Assembly: GCA_002010065.2 (NCBI GenBank)
Contig: MTMD02000002.1
Span: 556,740-620,739, forward strand
DNA length: 64,000 bases
Direction of reading: 5' to 3'
Source of the DNA: Candidatus Pyrohabitans jungbluthii
GTDB lineage: Archaea > Hydrothermarchaeota > Hydrothermarchaeia > Hydrothermarchaeales > BMS3B
Both the position numbers and the translations under genes were made by a program. Below the pieces are notes generated by a model. It made no database searches. It saw only the letters and a program-made list of their open reading frames with translations, and was not told the origin of the DNA. This document shows, piece by piece, positions 1 through 8,382 of the stretch (position 1 is its first letter; every line of letters starts with the position of its first letter).

Positions 1-3000
1 GCTGACCTCCACCATTGTGCTAATGGGGCTTCCATTTTCATTGAGTATTTTTATGGAACTGGTGTTAACACCTGAGAGAAGGTCAGCAATGGAAGCGTTT
101 ACCCATAGTGAAGCGCCTGTGGTGAGATACTCGCTGCTAATGCTGATGTTCTCTACTCGTGGAGGTGTCACATCCAGTGCGGCAAAGCTGTGTTTTATGC
201 TCTCTGCGTTACCTGCCCTATCCACAGAATAGTATTCTATTGTGTGGTTTCCTTCAGTATCGATAAAAATCTGGTTCCCCTCCTGCCATGAGGAGTTGTC
301 TATCCTGTAATATGTATAATTGCAGCCCGATAGGTTATCGGTGCAGCTCAGATTTACCGTAAACTCTGACCTCTGCCATTCTGAGGGTGCATCGTCGCTG
401 GTTGAGGGAGCGCTAAGGTCTACGGTGAAGTTCCAGGATTCTGAGCTCTTTGAGTTTCCTGCGGAATCTGTACAGTTTGCATACCAGGTATAGACACCTT
501 CAGAAAGCTCTATGTAAGTCTGATTTGAAGAGTTGCCGGGCAGGTTAGAGAAGTTAAGCCTCAGGTTTTTCTCCCCGTTTATGTAAACATCGCAGTAGGA
601 AAAGTTGCTCAGATTCTCCTCTATGCTCAATCTGAAGAGTATGGAGCTTATATTGAAGATTTCCTCGCTCCTGGGAGTCTCTCTGTGCAGCGTGGGTGGT
701 GTGTTGTCCACCACAATTGTGAGCTGCTGGCTACTATTTACATTCCCGGCCACATCTCTTGCTGAGAAGTTGTAGGTGTGGAGCCCTTCGAGATAATCCA
801 CTGTAATCTCTGCCATAAAGGAACTTTGGCTTATGTTGTGCATCTGTGCCAAGACTGTGCCGTTTTCATAGAGGATGAAAACTGAGCTGTTATCCACGCC
901 AGAAGCTGCATCGTATACCTCGACAGTGACAGTGATAGTATCGCCCGTTCTTAAGTATGTTCTGCTTGCAATGGGATTCTCAAACTTAGGGGCCTGGTTA
1001 TCCAGCCTGTCCGTTAGAGGGAGATAATCTATGTTTGTTCCGCCTGAGATGTTGTAGGGTTGTTCTCCTATCCCGTCCCCATCTGTATCCCAGCCTTCGT
1101 AGCCAGAGTAGAAGTTGCCTCCTGTAGAGGAGTTCCAGTAGTTGGTGCCGCTGTCGTAGACGCTGCCGTATATAAAGTTACTGTAGATGAGGTTATTAAA
1201 ACACGCCAGCACTTTTAATCCATAATCCTGGTTTCCTGTGATGTTGTTTGAGCTAATGGTATTGCCGTGGCTTTTCTCCAGTGTTATGCCAAGGTAATTT
1301 TGCTCAACCTTTATATCCTGTATGCTCGAGCCGTTGGTGTTATACAGGTAGATTCCAGAGGCACCGCTTGCGTTTGCTCCCCTTATGGTGAACCCTGAGA
1401 TATTTACAGCAGAGGTGTTGCTAATTAGCAGGGCATGCGCTGAGGGATCAGCGGCTACGATAAATGTTGAAGTGTTCCCTCCGCCGATAAGGTTTATGCT
1501 CTTGTTCACGAATACGTTTTCAGTATAGGTGCCAGGGGCTACATACACCGTCTCTGCTGGTGTGGCATAATCTATGCCCGCCTGAATTGTAGGTACTTCC
1601 TCGGGCACTCTAATAACTGAGGCGTTTACCGTGAAGCTCACCGCTGAAGCATTTAGATTGCCCCAGCTGTCGTTGGCATACACAGTTAAGTTATGGAGAC
1701 CATTGCTCAGGAAAGAGAGGTTAAGTAGCAGTGTGTTGCCAGCAAAGGGGGTGCTGTTATCTCCGTCGTCCACCGAGTACCATATAAAGGTGGTGCTCTC
1801 ATCGGAGATACTAACGTTGAGTAGTGGTGTGTGGTCCCCCTGTACTGAGCCATTCGCTGGGGAATGTATTTGAATCTCTGGCGGAGCTATATCCACAGGA
1901 TTTACCCTTACGGTGAAGTTCTCAAAGCTTGAGGTGTAGTTCTCGTTTCCTTCAAAGGTGGCATTGAAGTAAAAGACTCCGCTGGTGTTCATTTGTATGA
2001 TAACCTCAAGGGGTGATGAGCCTGAAACCAGGACTTTGTCAACGCCATCGGAGTAGTTGGTAGTAACGGTGACATTTCCTGAGTCCGGCACCACCAAGAC
2101 GGCTGTAAAGTTCAGGGTATCAAACTGGTTCACAACCGCATCGCTACGGGTACCATTTATGTAGAGGTGAACCGAGGAGTCAGCCTTTAAAACCTCAAGC
2201 GCTTGGGAAACACTTCCGCTGGTGTAGTTCTGTCCGCCTGAGGTGTTGAATACGTAAATGTAAACCCCCGCAGCTAAGGTTGAGATATCAGGGTTCGCCA
2301 CTGGCGTGCCATTCCTGTATAAGGTGTATGTAACGTCCTCATCGCCTAAGTTGGTTTCCATGCCGGTTATGTTCGTCTCGCTCCCGTAGGTAACGCTCCA
2401 CCCTGGCGAAGCGGTTAGGTTGAGGGTAGGCGAGGCTTTGGAAACAGTGTAATAAAAGATGTCGGTGGCGTTGACCAGACCTTCGGTGTTGTTGGCATAC
2501 ATTCGCCACTGATAAACCCCTGCGGCAAGGGAGGGATAGGTGTAGGAGTAGGTTGACCCGGAGTAGCTGCTCACAGTGTAGTTGACCAAGCTTCCTGTGA
2601 AGTTGTGCTCTATTAACACGGTGTCAATTGCAGAATCCGGCTCGCTCCATGTTACATTGAACTGGTAGGTTTGGGAAAAAGAGTAGCTAACAGGCGCTGG
2701 AGGCGAAGCTGAGGGGTTGCTCCAGAGGGGAGGAGTGGTGTCTGCAGGTGCTGCTATCTCAATCGTCCTGGTCTCACTTACGTTGAGATTCCCTGCACTG
2801 TCATTAGCCCACACGCGATAGGTGTAATTCCCATTCGCCAGGTTGGTCTTGTTTATATACCAGTTCGTCCCGCTCCCGCTCATGCTCTCGTTGGTGCCGT
2901 TCCACTCTAACCAGGCTGTTCCAGGTTCGCTCAGAGTGACGTTTATGAAAGTGTATCTGCGGTCTGTTATTGTAGCTCCATCAGGGTCAGTTGGTGGGAC

Positions 3001-3663
3001 GAAGGTTATAGTGGGGGGTGTATTGTCGGGCGGTTGCCACGGCCAGACCACTAGAGGGTAGGGGTCCTCGTTGTTGGAATCTATGATGTAGGAACTGTCG
3101 CAGATGTTGTCCCCGTCCGAGTCAGTGCAGTCAGTGTTCTTCTCCCACTTATTGCCCACATTGTAGCCGTCGATGGTGGAGTACCAGGTGTTTGTAACTA
3201 AAAAAGTTAGAGAAATAGTTTCGTGATAATCTTCTTGGGTATTGTTGAGGTAGTTGTTGTAGTATGTAGCACCATTCCCGGTATTTTCAATACCATAGTA
3301 ATTGGAGGATATATTATTTCCTGTTATCACAGCGCTGGACCCTACTTGAATTCCTCCCTCCCAGTCGGTTATGACGCAGTTTCTTACCGTAACATTGACC
3401 AAGTCGGTGGGTATAGAAATTCCTATACTATTAGAATTATCAGTCCCATCTATTCTGTAACCCTGACAGTCAAGCACAACGTCACTTGCGGAGATAGTTA
3501 TGCAGGTGGAAGCGTAAGAGTCGATTATGTCACCTATTAGATAGTAAACACCTGAAGTGTCAATGTTAACCCCACATGAACTAATCGTCGCAGCACTACC
3601 CTCTCCAACAAGGGCAACAAAAGCTACCACCAAGCACAGGAGGAGTTGTCTTATTTTTTCCAT
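1..3663 (-). CDS. Very large secreted/surface protein with NosD/CASH-type beta-helix and multiple Ig-like domains; runs off the left edge (>1221 aa)
   Basis: Absent from the ORF track, consistent with having no stop inside the window. Hand translation from ATG 3663 gives MEKIRQLLLCLVVAFVALVGEGSA (signal peptide), then ...DVVLDCQGYRIDG...NVTVRNCVIT...GNKWEKNTDCTDSDGDNICDSSY...DNTPPTITFV. The same frame reads ...ALDVTPPRVENISIS... near base 1. Overlaps the upstream gene stop by 13 nt. Confidence 0.85.
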   Translation of the reverse strand, partial: MEKIRQLLLCLVVAFVALVGEGSAATISSCGVNIDTSGVYYLIGDIIDSYASTCITISASDVVLDCQGYRIDGTDNSNSIGISIPTDLVNVTVRNCVITDWEGGIQVGSSAVITGNNISSNYYGIENTGNGATYYNNYLNNTQEDYHETISLTFLVTNTWYSTIDGYNVGNKWEKNTDCTDSDGDNICDSSYIIDSNNEDPYPLVVWPWQPPDNTPPTITFVPPTDPDGATITDRRYTFINVTLSEPGTAWLEWNGTNESMSGSGTNWYINKTNLANGNYTYRVWANDSAGNLNVSETRTIEIAAPADTTPPLWSNPSASPPAPVSYSFSQTYQFNVTWSEPDSAIDTVLIEHNFTGSLVNYTVSSYSGSTYSYTYPSLAAGVYQWRMYANNTEGLVNATDIFYYTVSKASPTLNLTASPGWSVTYGSETNITGMETNLGDEDVTYTLYRNGTPVANPDISTLAAGVYIYVFNTSGGQNYTSGSVSQALEVLKADSSVHLYINGTRSDAVVNQFDTLNFTAVLVVPDSGNVTVTTNYSDGVDKVLVSGSSPLEVIIQMNTSGVFYFNATFEGNENYTSSFENFTVRVNPVDIAPPEIQIHSPANGSVQGDHTPLLNVSISDESTTFIWYSVDDGDNSTPFAGNTLLLNLSFLSNGLHNLTVYANDSWGNLNASAVSFTVNASVIRVPEEVPTIQAGIDYATPAETVYVAPGTYTENVFVNKSINLIGGGNTSTFIVAADPSAHALLISNTSAVNISGFTIRGANASGASGIYLYNTNGSSIQDIKVEQNYLGITLEKSHGNTISSNNITGNQDYGLKVLACFNNLIYSNFIYGSVYDSGTNYWNSSTGGNFYSGYEGWDTDGDGIGEQPYNISGGTNIDYLPLTDRLDNQAPKFENPIASRTYLRTGDTITVTVEVYDAASGVDNSSVFILYENGTVLAQMHNISQSSFMAEITVDYLEGLHTYNFSARDVAGNVNSSQQLTIVVDNTPPTLHRETPRSEEIFNISSILFRLSIEENLSNFSYCDVYINGEKNLRLNFSNLPGNSSNQTYIELSEGVYTWYANCTDSAGNSKSSESWNFTVDLSAPSTSDDAPSEWQRSEFTVNLSCTDNLSGCNYTYYRIDNSSWQEGNQIFIDTEGNHTIEYYSVDRAGNAESIKHSFAALDVTPPRVENISISSEYLTTGASLWVNASIADLLSGVNTSSIKILNENGSPISTMVEVS

Positions 3664-6239
3664 GGCACCCAAGCCTTAAACAGAGCTAATACTACTATAG
3701 AGATTAAAATAACCAGGTTAGGCCCGCAGATGCCCTTCTTCTCTGGTGATTCTCCTTCTTCAACGATTTCCTCTTTGACAACCTCCTCTTTTTTCTCAGG
3801 TGGTTGAGAATAATCTTTACCGGAAGAGGCGGCTTTCTTCTTTGCCTCTTTCACCTGCTTTTCGCTGAACATCATAATTCCAAACTCTTCAAATGGAACA
3901 ATGCTTCGGGTTTCCTGTACACTGTAGCCAGAGTTAGGGCTGCCTGAGATTGCGAAGAAACCAAACCTATCGGTTTTCACAATAAAGTAAACATATTCGT
4001 AATCCTCTGAATAGGGCATGGTTTCAAGCTCTATCCAGACATTATCTTCTTTTATGTAACCCTTGATAGTATTAACGCTTACATCATTATTTTCCAGCCA
4101 TGACTTTGCTATTCTGAATTTTATCTCTGCACTTGCAACATATGCATCAGGTTTATCAAAGTGTATTTTATAGTACCCATATACCTTTCCAGAAGGTTCC
4201 TCAAAAATGAAAGCTGGTTTTTCTTTGTGGGTATCCACACAGATCTTCGTATAGTACATATCCTGGGCTCCAATAATGCCTATTGAAGCCACATCCGGCA
4301 CTGCTTCGGGATCGAAAATCGCAGTGCCAGTGCTCCCAGCAAGTATCTTGGGAATTTCCATACAGTTCTCCGCAAGCCCGCCACCTCCACCGCCGCCCGC
4401 CGCTGGTGGAGGCGTCTCGCCCGGAGGTAGAGAAATCTCAGTAACGTTAATTGTCACCTCATCGCTCGCCACGTTCCCTGCTGTATCGCTGGCTTCCAGT
4501 TTGTAGCTCCTCAGCCCCACACTGGAGGTATCAACAGACCATTCTATTGTGCTGCCGGATGCATAGACCCCACTAACTAAGAGGGTTTCGTTTAGATATA
4601 TTCTGAAGTCTTTCGGGTGCTCCTCGGTAATTGTCCAAGTGATTGTTGTGGCGGTTCCCTGTTCAACTTCTGTTCCCGGACTAACGCTTCTGGTTATCTC
4701 AGGAGCCTCCAGATCTATCTCTATTGTTCTGCTCTCGCTGCTCCCCCAGTTTCCTGCGAGGTCTCTGCCATAAACCCTGTAGGTGTGTGTGCCGTGGGTA
4801 ATCCCAGACTTTGTCCCAGACCAGCTATCCCCAGAGCCGCTCATCGAGATATTTTCTACTCCATCCCACTCCAGCAACGCCTCGCTCAAATCTTCGGTGG
4901 CGGTTATGGCAACTGTAATACTGGTGTCAGAAGTTACTGCTCTGTCCTGAGGCGTGGGTGAAACAAAGCTTATACTTGGTGGAGAGGTGTCAGGAAGCTC
5001 AACAGTAAAACTCACAGAAGCCTCGGCGATGTTGTTCGCCAAGTCGACGGCTATAATTTTAATAGTGTGGCTACCCTCTGAGGCGTTGATGGTAATGGGC
5101 GGGCTGAAGGGCAGGTAGGCACCCCCATCTAGGGAGTAGAACCACCTTGCCACACCCTCGTCGGCGCTTACGTCGAGAGAAACCTCTGTGGAGGGGTATG
5201 TTATACTCTGGGGCGAGTTAATTGTTATCTGAGGCGGAGCTAGGTCCTTAAGTTCCTCTGGCGATGAAGTGGAATAGAGGGGTAGATTGTCACTTCCCAG
5301 AAGGCGGGTATAGGCATTGTAAGCAGAGTCTCCTATTCCATCGTTGTTGTTGTCGGTGCCGGTGTAGTCCCACCAGTAGTTGCCACCTATGTACTGCCCG
5401 CCGATGATATTTTCCCCCGAAGTTTTTGCGGTATTCCAGGTATTTGATGTATCTTCGCTTGCGGTGTTGTCCACGTATACGAAATTGTTGTAGAATAAGT
5501 TGTTTGAGGAGGAGGTTATAAAGATACCAACGGCATTCTCAACAGAAGAGTAGATAACATTGCTTTTAACAGTATTGGAGTTTGAAGAACTCTCCAAGAC
5601 TATGCCGCCATTTGATACCCCTCCCTTTATATCGTTGCCTTCTATTGTATTGGAAGAGGAGGAGCGCAGGTATATTCCCATGGATGAGCTTCCTATAATG
5701 CCGTTGTTTTTTACAATGTTTCCATCGGAATTCTTTATTCTTAGGGCCTCTCTGCTGTAGATAATCAAATTGTTTTCAACCGTCACGCTTGAAGCGTCTT
5801 CTAGCAGAATTGGATATGGGACTCCTATAAAAGCTGAATTTTTAATTGAAAATCCCTGCCCTGAAACTTTTATTCCAAATTTGGCTCCCTGGAAGACAAA
5901 ATTTGACACCTCTGCGTTGTCTGCGGTTACTGTAATCAGCGTGTCAGTTGTCCTGGGTAAAAGTATGGGGTTGTTTTTACCTAGAAGCTTTAGACTCTTG
6001 GATAGAAAAATCCCAGCCTCTTCCTCATATATACCATCGCACACCACAATCGCGTCATTGTTCGCAGCCTCGGCAACCGCCTTTCTAATAGGATTTGGGT
6101 ACTCGGAGGATGAGTAATAGCTATCTCCGTTTTCACAGGGGGCGGTCCCCTGGTAAACTACCAGAGTTGCTGCATTTACTAAAGAAAAACTCAGCATTAC
6201 AACAGCAAGCACCCACAGTTTCTCTGAATATCTATTCAT
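3651..6239 (-). CDS. Surface protein: beta-helix (NosD/CASH) + Ig-like repeats + PGF-pre-PGF-like domain + CGP-CTERM-like C-terminal anchor
   Basis: Signal peptide MNRYSEKLWVLAVVMLSFSLVNA; GIYLRSSSSNTIEGN repeats; GGNYWWDYTGTDNNNDGIGD; DxxPP-delimited Ig modules; Gly linker; FGFFAISG; C-terminus KKGICGP + TM + KK. ATG 6239 preferred over TTG 6254. Confidence 0.85.
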   Translation of the reverse strand: MNRYSEKLWVLAVVMLSFSLVNAATLVVYQGTAPCENGDSYYSSSEYPNPIRKAVAEAANNDAIVVCDGIYEEEAGIFLSKSLKLLGKNNPILLPRTTDTLITVTADNAEVSNFVFQGAKFGIKVSGQGFSIKNSAFIGVPYPILLEDASSVTVENNLIIYSREALRIKNSDGNIVKNNGIIGSSSMGIYLRSSSSNTIEGNDIKGGVSNGGIVLESSSNSNTVKSNVIYSSVENAVGIFITSSSNNLFYNNFVYVDNTASEDTSNTWNTAKTSGENIIGGQYIGGNYWWDYTGTDNNNDGIGDSAYNAYTRLLGSDNLPLYSTSSPEELKDLAPPQITINSPQSITYPSTEVSLDVSADEGVARWFYSLDGGAYLPFSPPITINASEGSHTIKIIAVDLANNIAEASVSFTVELPDTSPPSISFVSPTPQDRAVTSDTSITVAITATEDLSEALLEWDGVENISMSGSGDSWSGTKSGITHGTHTYRVYGRDLAGNWGSSESRTIEIDLEAPEITRSVSPGTEVEQGTATTITWTITEEHPKDFRIYLNETLLVSGVYASGSTIEWSVDTSSVGLRSYKLEASDTAGNVASDEVTINVTEISLPPGETPPPAAGGGGGGGLAENCMEIPKILAGSTGTAIFDPEAVPDVASIGIIGAQDMYYTKICVDTHKEKPAFIFEEPSGKVYGYYKIHFDKPDAYVASAEIKFRIAKSWLENNDVSVNTIKGYIKEDNVWIELETMPYSEDYEYVYFIVKTDRFGFFAISGSPNSGYSVQETRSIVPFEEFGIMMFSEKQVKEAKKKAASSGKDYSQPPEKKEEVVKEEIVEEGESPEKKGICGPNLVILISIVVLALFKAWVPWKK

Positions 6240-6362
6240 TCCACAGTCCCTCAAAACACTGGCACAACCTTTGAGACAAACCTAACCAGTTAAAACTTTA
6301 TCTTAAAAATTTTCATCATGATTAAAATAATTTTTTATTTTGGCAGTTTGTCAATTTAACAT

Positions 6363-6977
6363 TTATCCCTTCTTTCCCAGGTTTTTCAATCGGTTAAATA
6401 ACTTTTTCATCAATCTTACTTCATTTTTACCATTTGCAGCATATATATTTTGGTTTTCAGGTATTACATAATTAAAAACTTTAGCAAGGCAGTCATCACA
6501 GAAATATAGTGACTTTTTGTCTATTTCATAAACGCTGCTGGAGAACTTCATGTTGCAGTTCTCATTTGAGCAATGGTTTAATCCGAAGGTATGTCCCAGC
6601 TCATGAAGAGCCTCCTTCAGCAACCTTTCAAGGAAAATCTTAGAGTGGTATCCCCGGTAGTAACCCTCCATTAAGCGAACAGGTGAAATCACGGCGCACC
6701 TCCCTCCCAGGGAAGCTAATCCAAAAATATAGTCAAAGTTCGCAACTGTTATGTCCCTACTAATAACACCAAGCACTTTATCAGCTTTTGTGAATCGTAT
6801 AGTGAGGTCGTCTAAAAGGATATCTGCAAGCACCTGCCCCCTTTCATTAAACCAAAGAGGCAGTTCTTCCGGCGGAGAAATCAAAACATTTTCAAAATAC
6901 TCCTTCAACCTTAATTTCAGGTACTCAAGCCAGAACTTATTCACGTCACCAATTGGAAGAATTTCAAGAGCTACCAC
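6363..6977 (-). CDS. amzA: Archaemetzincin (peptidase M54) zinc metalloprotease
   Basis: HELGHTFGLNHCxxxxCxM metzincin motif with Cys4 zinc site (C...C...CDDC); YIFGLA motif. Confidence 0.9.
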   Translation of the reverse strand: MVALEILPIGDVNKFWLEYLKLRLKEYFENVLISPPEELPLWFNERGQVLADILLDDLTIRFTKADKVLGVISRDITVANFDYIFGLASLGGRCAVISPVRLMEGYYRGYHSKIFLERLLKEALHELGHTFGLNHCSNENCNMKFSSSVYEIDKKSLYFCDDCLAKVFNYVIPENQNIYAANGKNEVRLMKKLFNRLKNLGKKG

Positions 6978-7079
6978 GCCTAAACCCTGTGAGAGTAACC
7001 CGTTAAAATTTTTTTATACTAATATAAAATCAGCCCAATATATGCCCTATTGCGCCGGTCAGAGGGTAAAAATTCTAGG

Positions 7080-8378
7080 CTAAGAGAAGCCCCACTTCCT
7101 CAGCTCTGCCTTCGCTTTCCTCCTTTTACCTTCTAATCTCGCTATCTTCTCCTCTGTCAGGGCGATGTAATCCTTAAGCTGCTTCTCAAGTTTTTCCACT
7201 TTCGCCAGCTCTATGCGTGACCTCTCATCGCTGCTCTCTCCAGAGAGTGAGTCTTTAAAATCGTAATACTTCTCCAGGCACTTCTCCATTATTCTGCGCA
7301 GACTGAAGCCGCCTAGGAGAATCATGGCATCAACGCTCTTACTCTCGGGAGAGGTGATCAAGCTGGTGTACCTCAGAATCCCTCCTCGCCCGCCTGCCAG
7401 GTGCTTCACAGCCCACTCGCGGGAGATGTCCTCTAAATCTTCCTGGGTAATCTCACCCTTCAGCACCTTCTCTTCAGGGGCGATAACTATTATGTAGGCC
7501 ATTGTGGCGGTGCCCTTGTCCAGGGGTACCATTGCGTTGTTGGAAGCGCTCTCTAGGATTGCGTCCAGGCTGAGCACATCTGGGTCATTCCCAAGGCTCA
7601 GGCAAGGGGTGAAATGGATTGTCCCTAAATTGCTGGGGAGCTGATAGTAGTCTGCGATATCTATCGTTGCCTTCGAGGCATAGGTGCTGGGCGCAATCAG
7701 CATGTGTATCGCCCTTATAATCTCCTCGTTTATCCTCTGGTAGCGCTCCTCCTTCTGCCCCCGCCCTAGGTCGAGAATATGCTCCACCTGTGAGTTGTCC
7801 ACAAGGATTACCAACGCAGCGTTCTGCTCGCCGTTATAGCGCAACAACCTTGAGAGGCCACAGATGGCGTTGAAATGCCTCTGCGGAGCCTCAAAGTCAT
7901 AGGGAAAGATGCCCAGCGCTATGAAGTTGTTTATCCTCTCCATGCCGAAGCCAGGGTTCCTCCTAACTCTGTGGATGATGTAGGGTAGCGACCCGTTGCC
8001 TGTGCCTCCTCCCAGGGTAGCGATACCAAGGAGCACATCGCTGCTCCGAAGCCTTAAGCTTGCGATGTATCTTCGTATGTTCTCGTAATCCTCAATTGCT
8101 TCTCTTTCGCCAAGAACCCAGTTGTTACCCGCGCCGCTTGGAGCCCTGCCAAAAATGCAAACCCGCTCGCGTTTTATCTTCTCGTACTTTTCCCTCAGCT
8201 CGGGGCTCTGCGCAAAGATGTGCTCCAGCGGCTTCTCGGGCTTAACGTCCGCCGGCGTTGTATTGAGGAGAAGCACTCTATCGCCGATGCTCGGATTTTT
8301 ATACTTCGCGTAGTAAAGAAAGGCTATGCGGTTTGCGCCCTGTCCGCTCGCTATTATACCCCATCTTGTAGCTTGCAT
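7080..8378 (-). CDS. Tubulin/FtsZ-superfamily GTPase B (divergent, with eukaryotic-tubulin-like motifs)
   Basis: T1 SGQGANRI, T3 SGAGNNW, T4 TLGGGTGNG, T6 VILVDN, T7 TIDIAD, then IHF; C-terminal helices. Confidence 0.85.
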   Translation of the reverse strand: MQATRWGIIASGQGANRIAFLYYAKYKNPSIGDRVLLLNTTPADVKPEKPLEHIFAQSPELREKYEKIKRERVCIFGRAPSGAGNNWVLGEREAIEDYENIRRYIASLRLRSSDVLLGIATLGGGTGNGSLPYIIHRVRRNPGFGMERINNFIALGIFPYDFEAPQRHFNAICGLSRLLRYNGEQNAALVILVDNSQVEHILDLGRGQKEERYQRINEEIIRAIHMLIAPSTYASKATIDIADYYQLPSNLGTIHFTPCLSLGNDPDVLSLDAILESASNNAMVPLDKGTATMAYIIVIAPEEKVLKGEITQEDLEDISREWAVKHLAGGRGGILRYTSLITSPESKSVDAMILLGGFSLRRIMEKCLEKYYDFKDSLSGESSDERSRIELAKVEKLEKQLKDYIALTEEKIARLEGKRRKAKAELRKWGFS

Positions 8379-8382
8379 GCTT

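Noticed and set aside
3180-3350. Apparent frameshifts in the large surface gene near the G3 and T6 runs
   Set aside because: On recount the frame is continuous (IQVGSSAVITG...ETISLTFLVTNTW), so there is no pseudogene or phase-variation evidence.
4374-4430. GC-rich low-complexity stretch
   Set aside because: It encodes the ordinary Pro/Gly linker (PPPAAGGGGGGG) before the PGF-pre-PGF-like domain.
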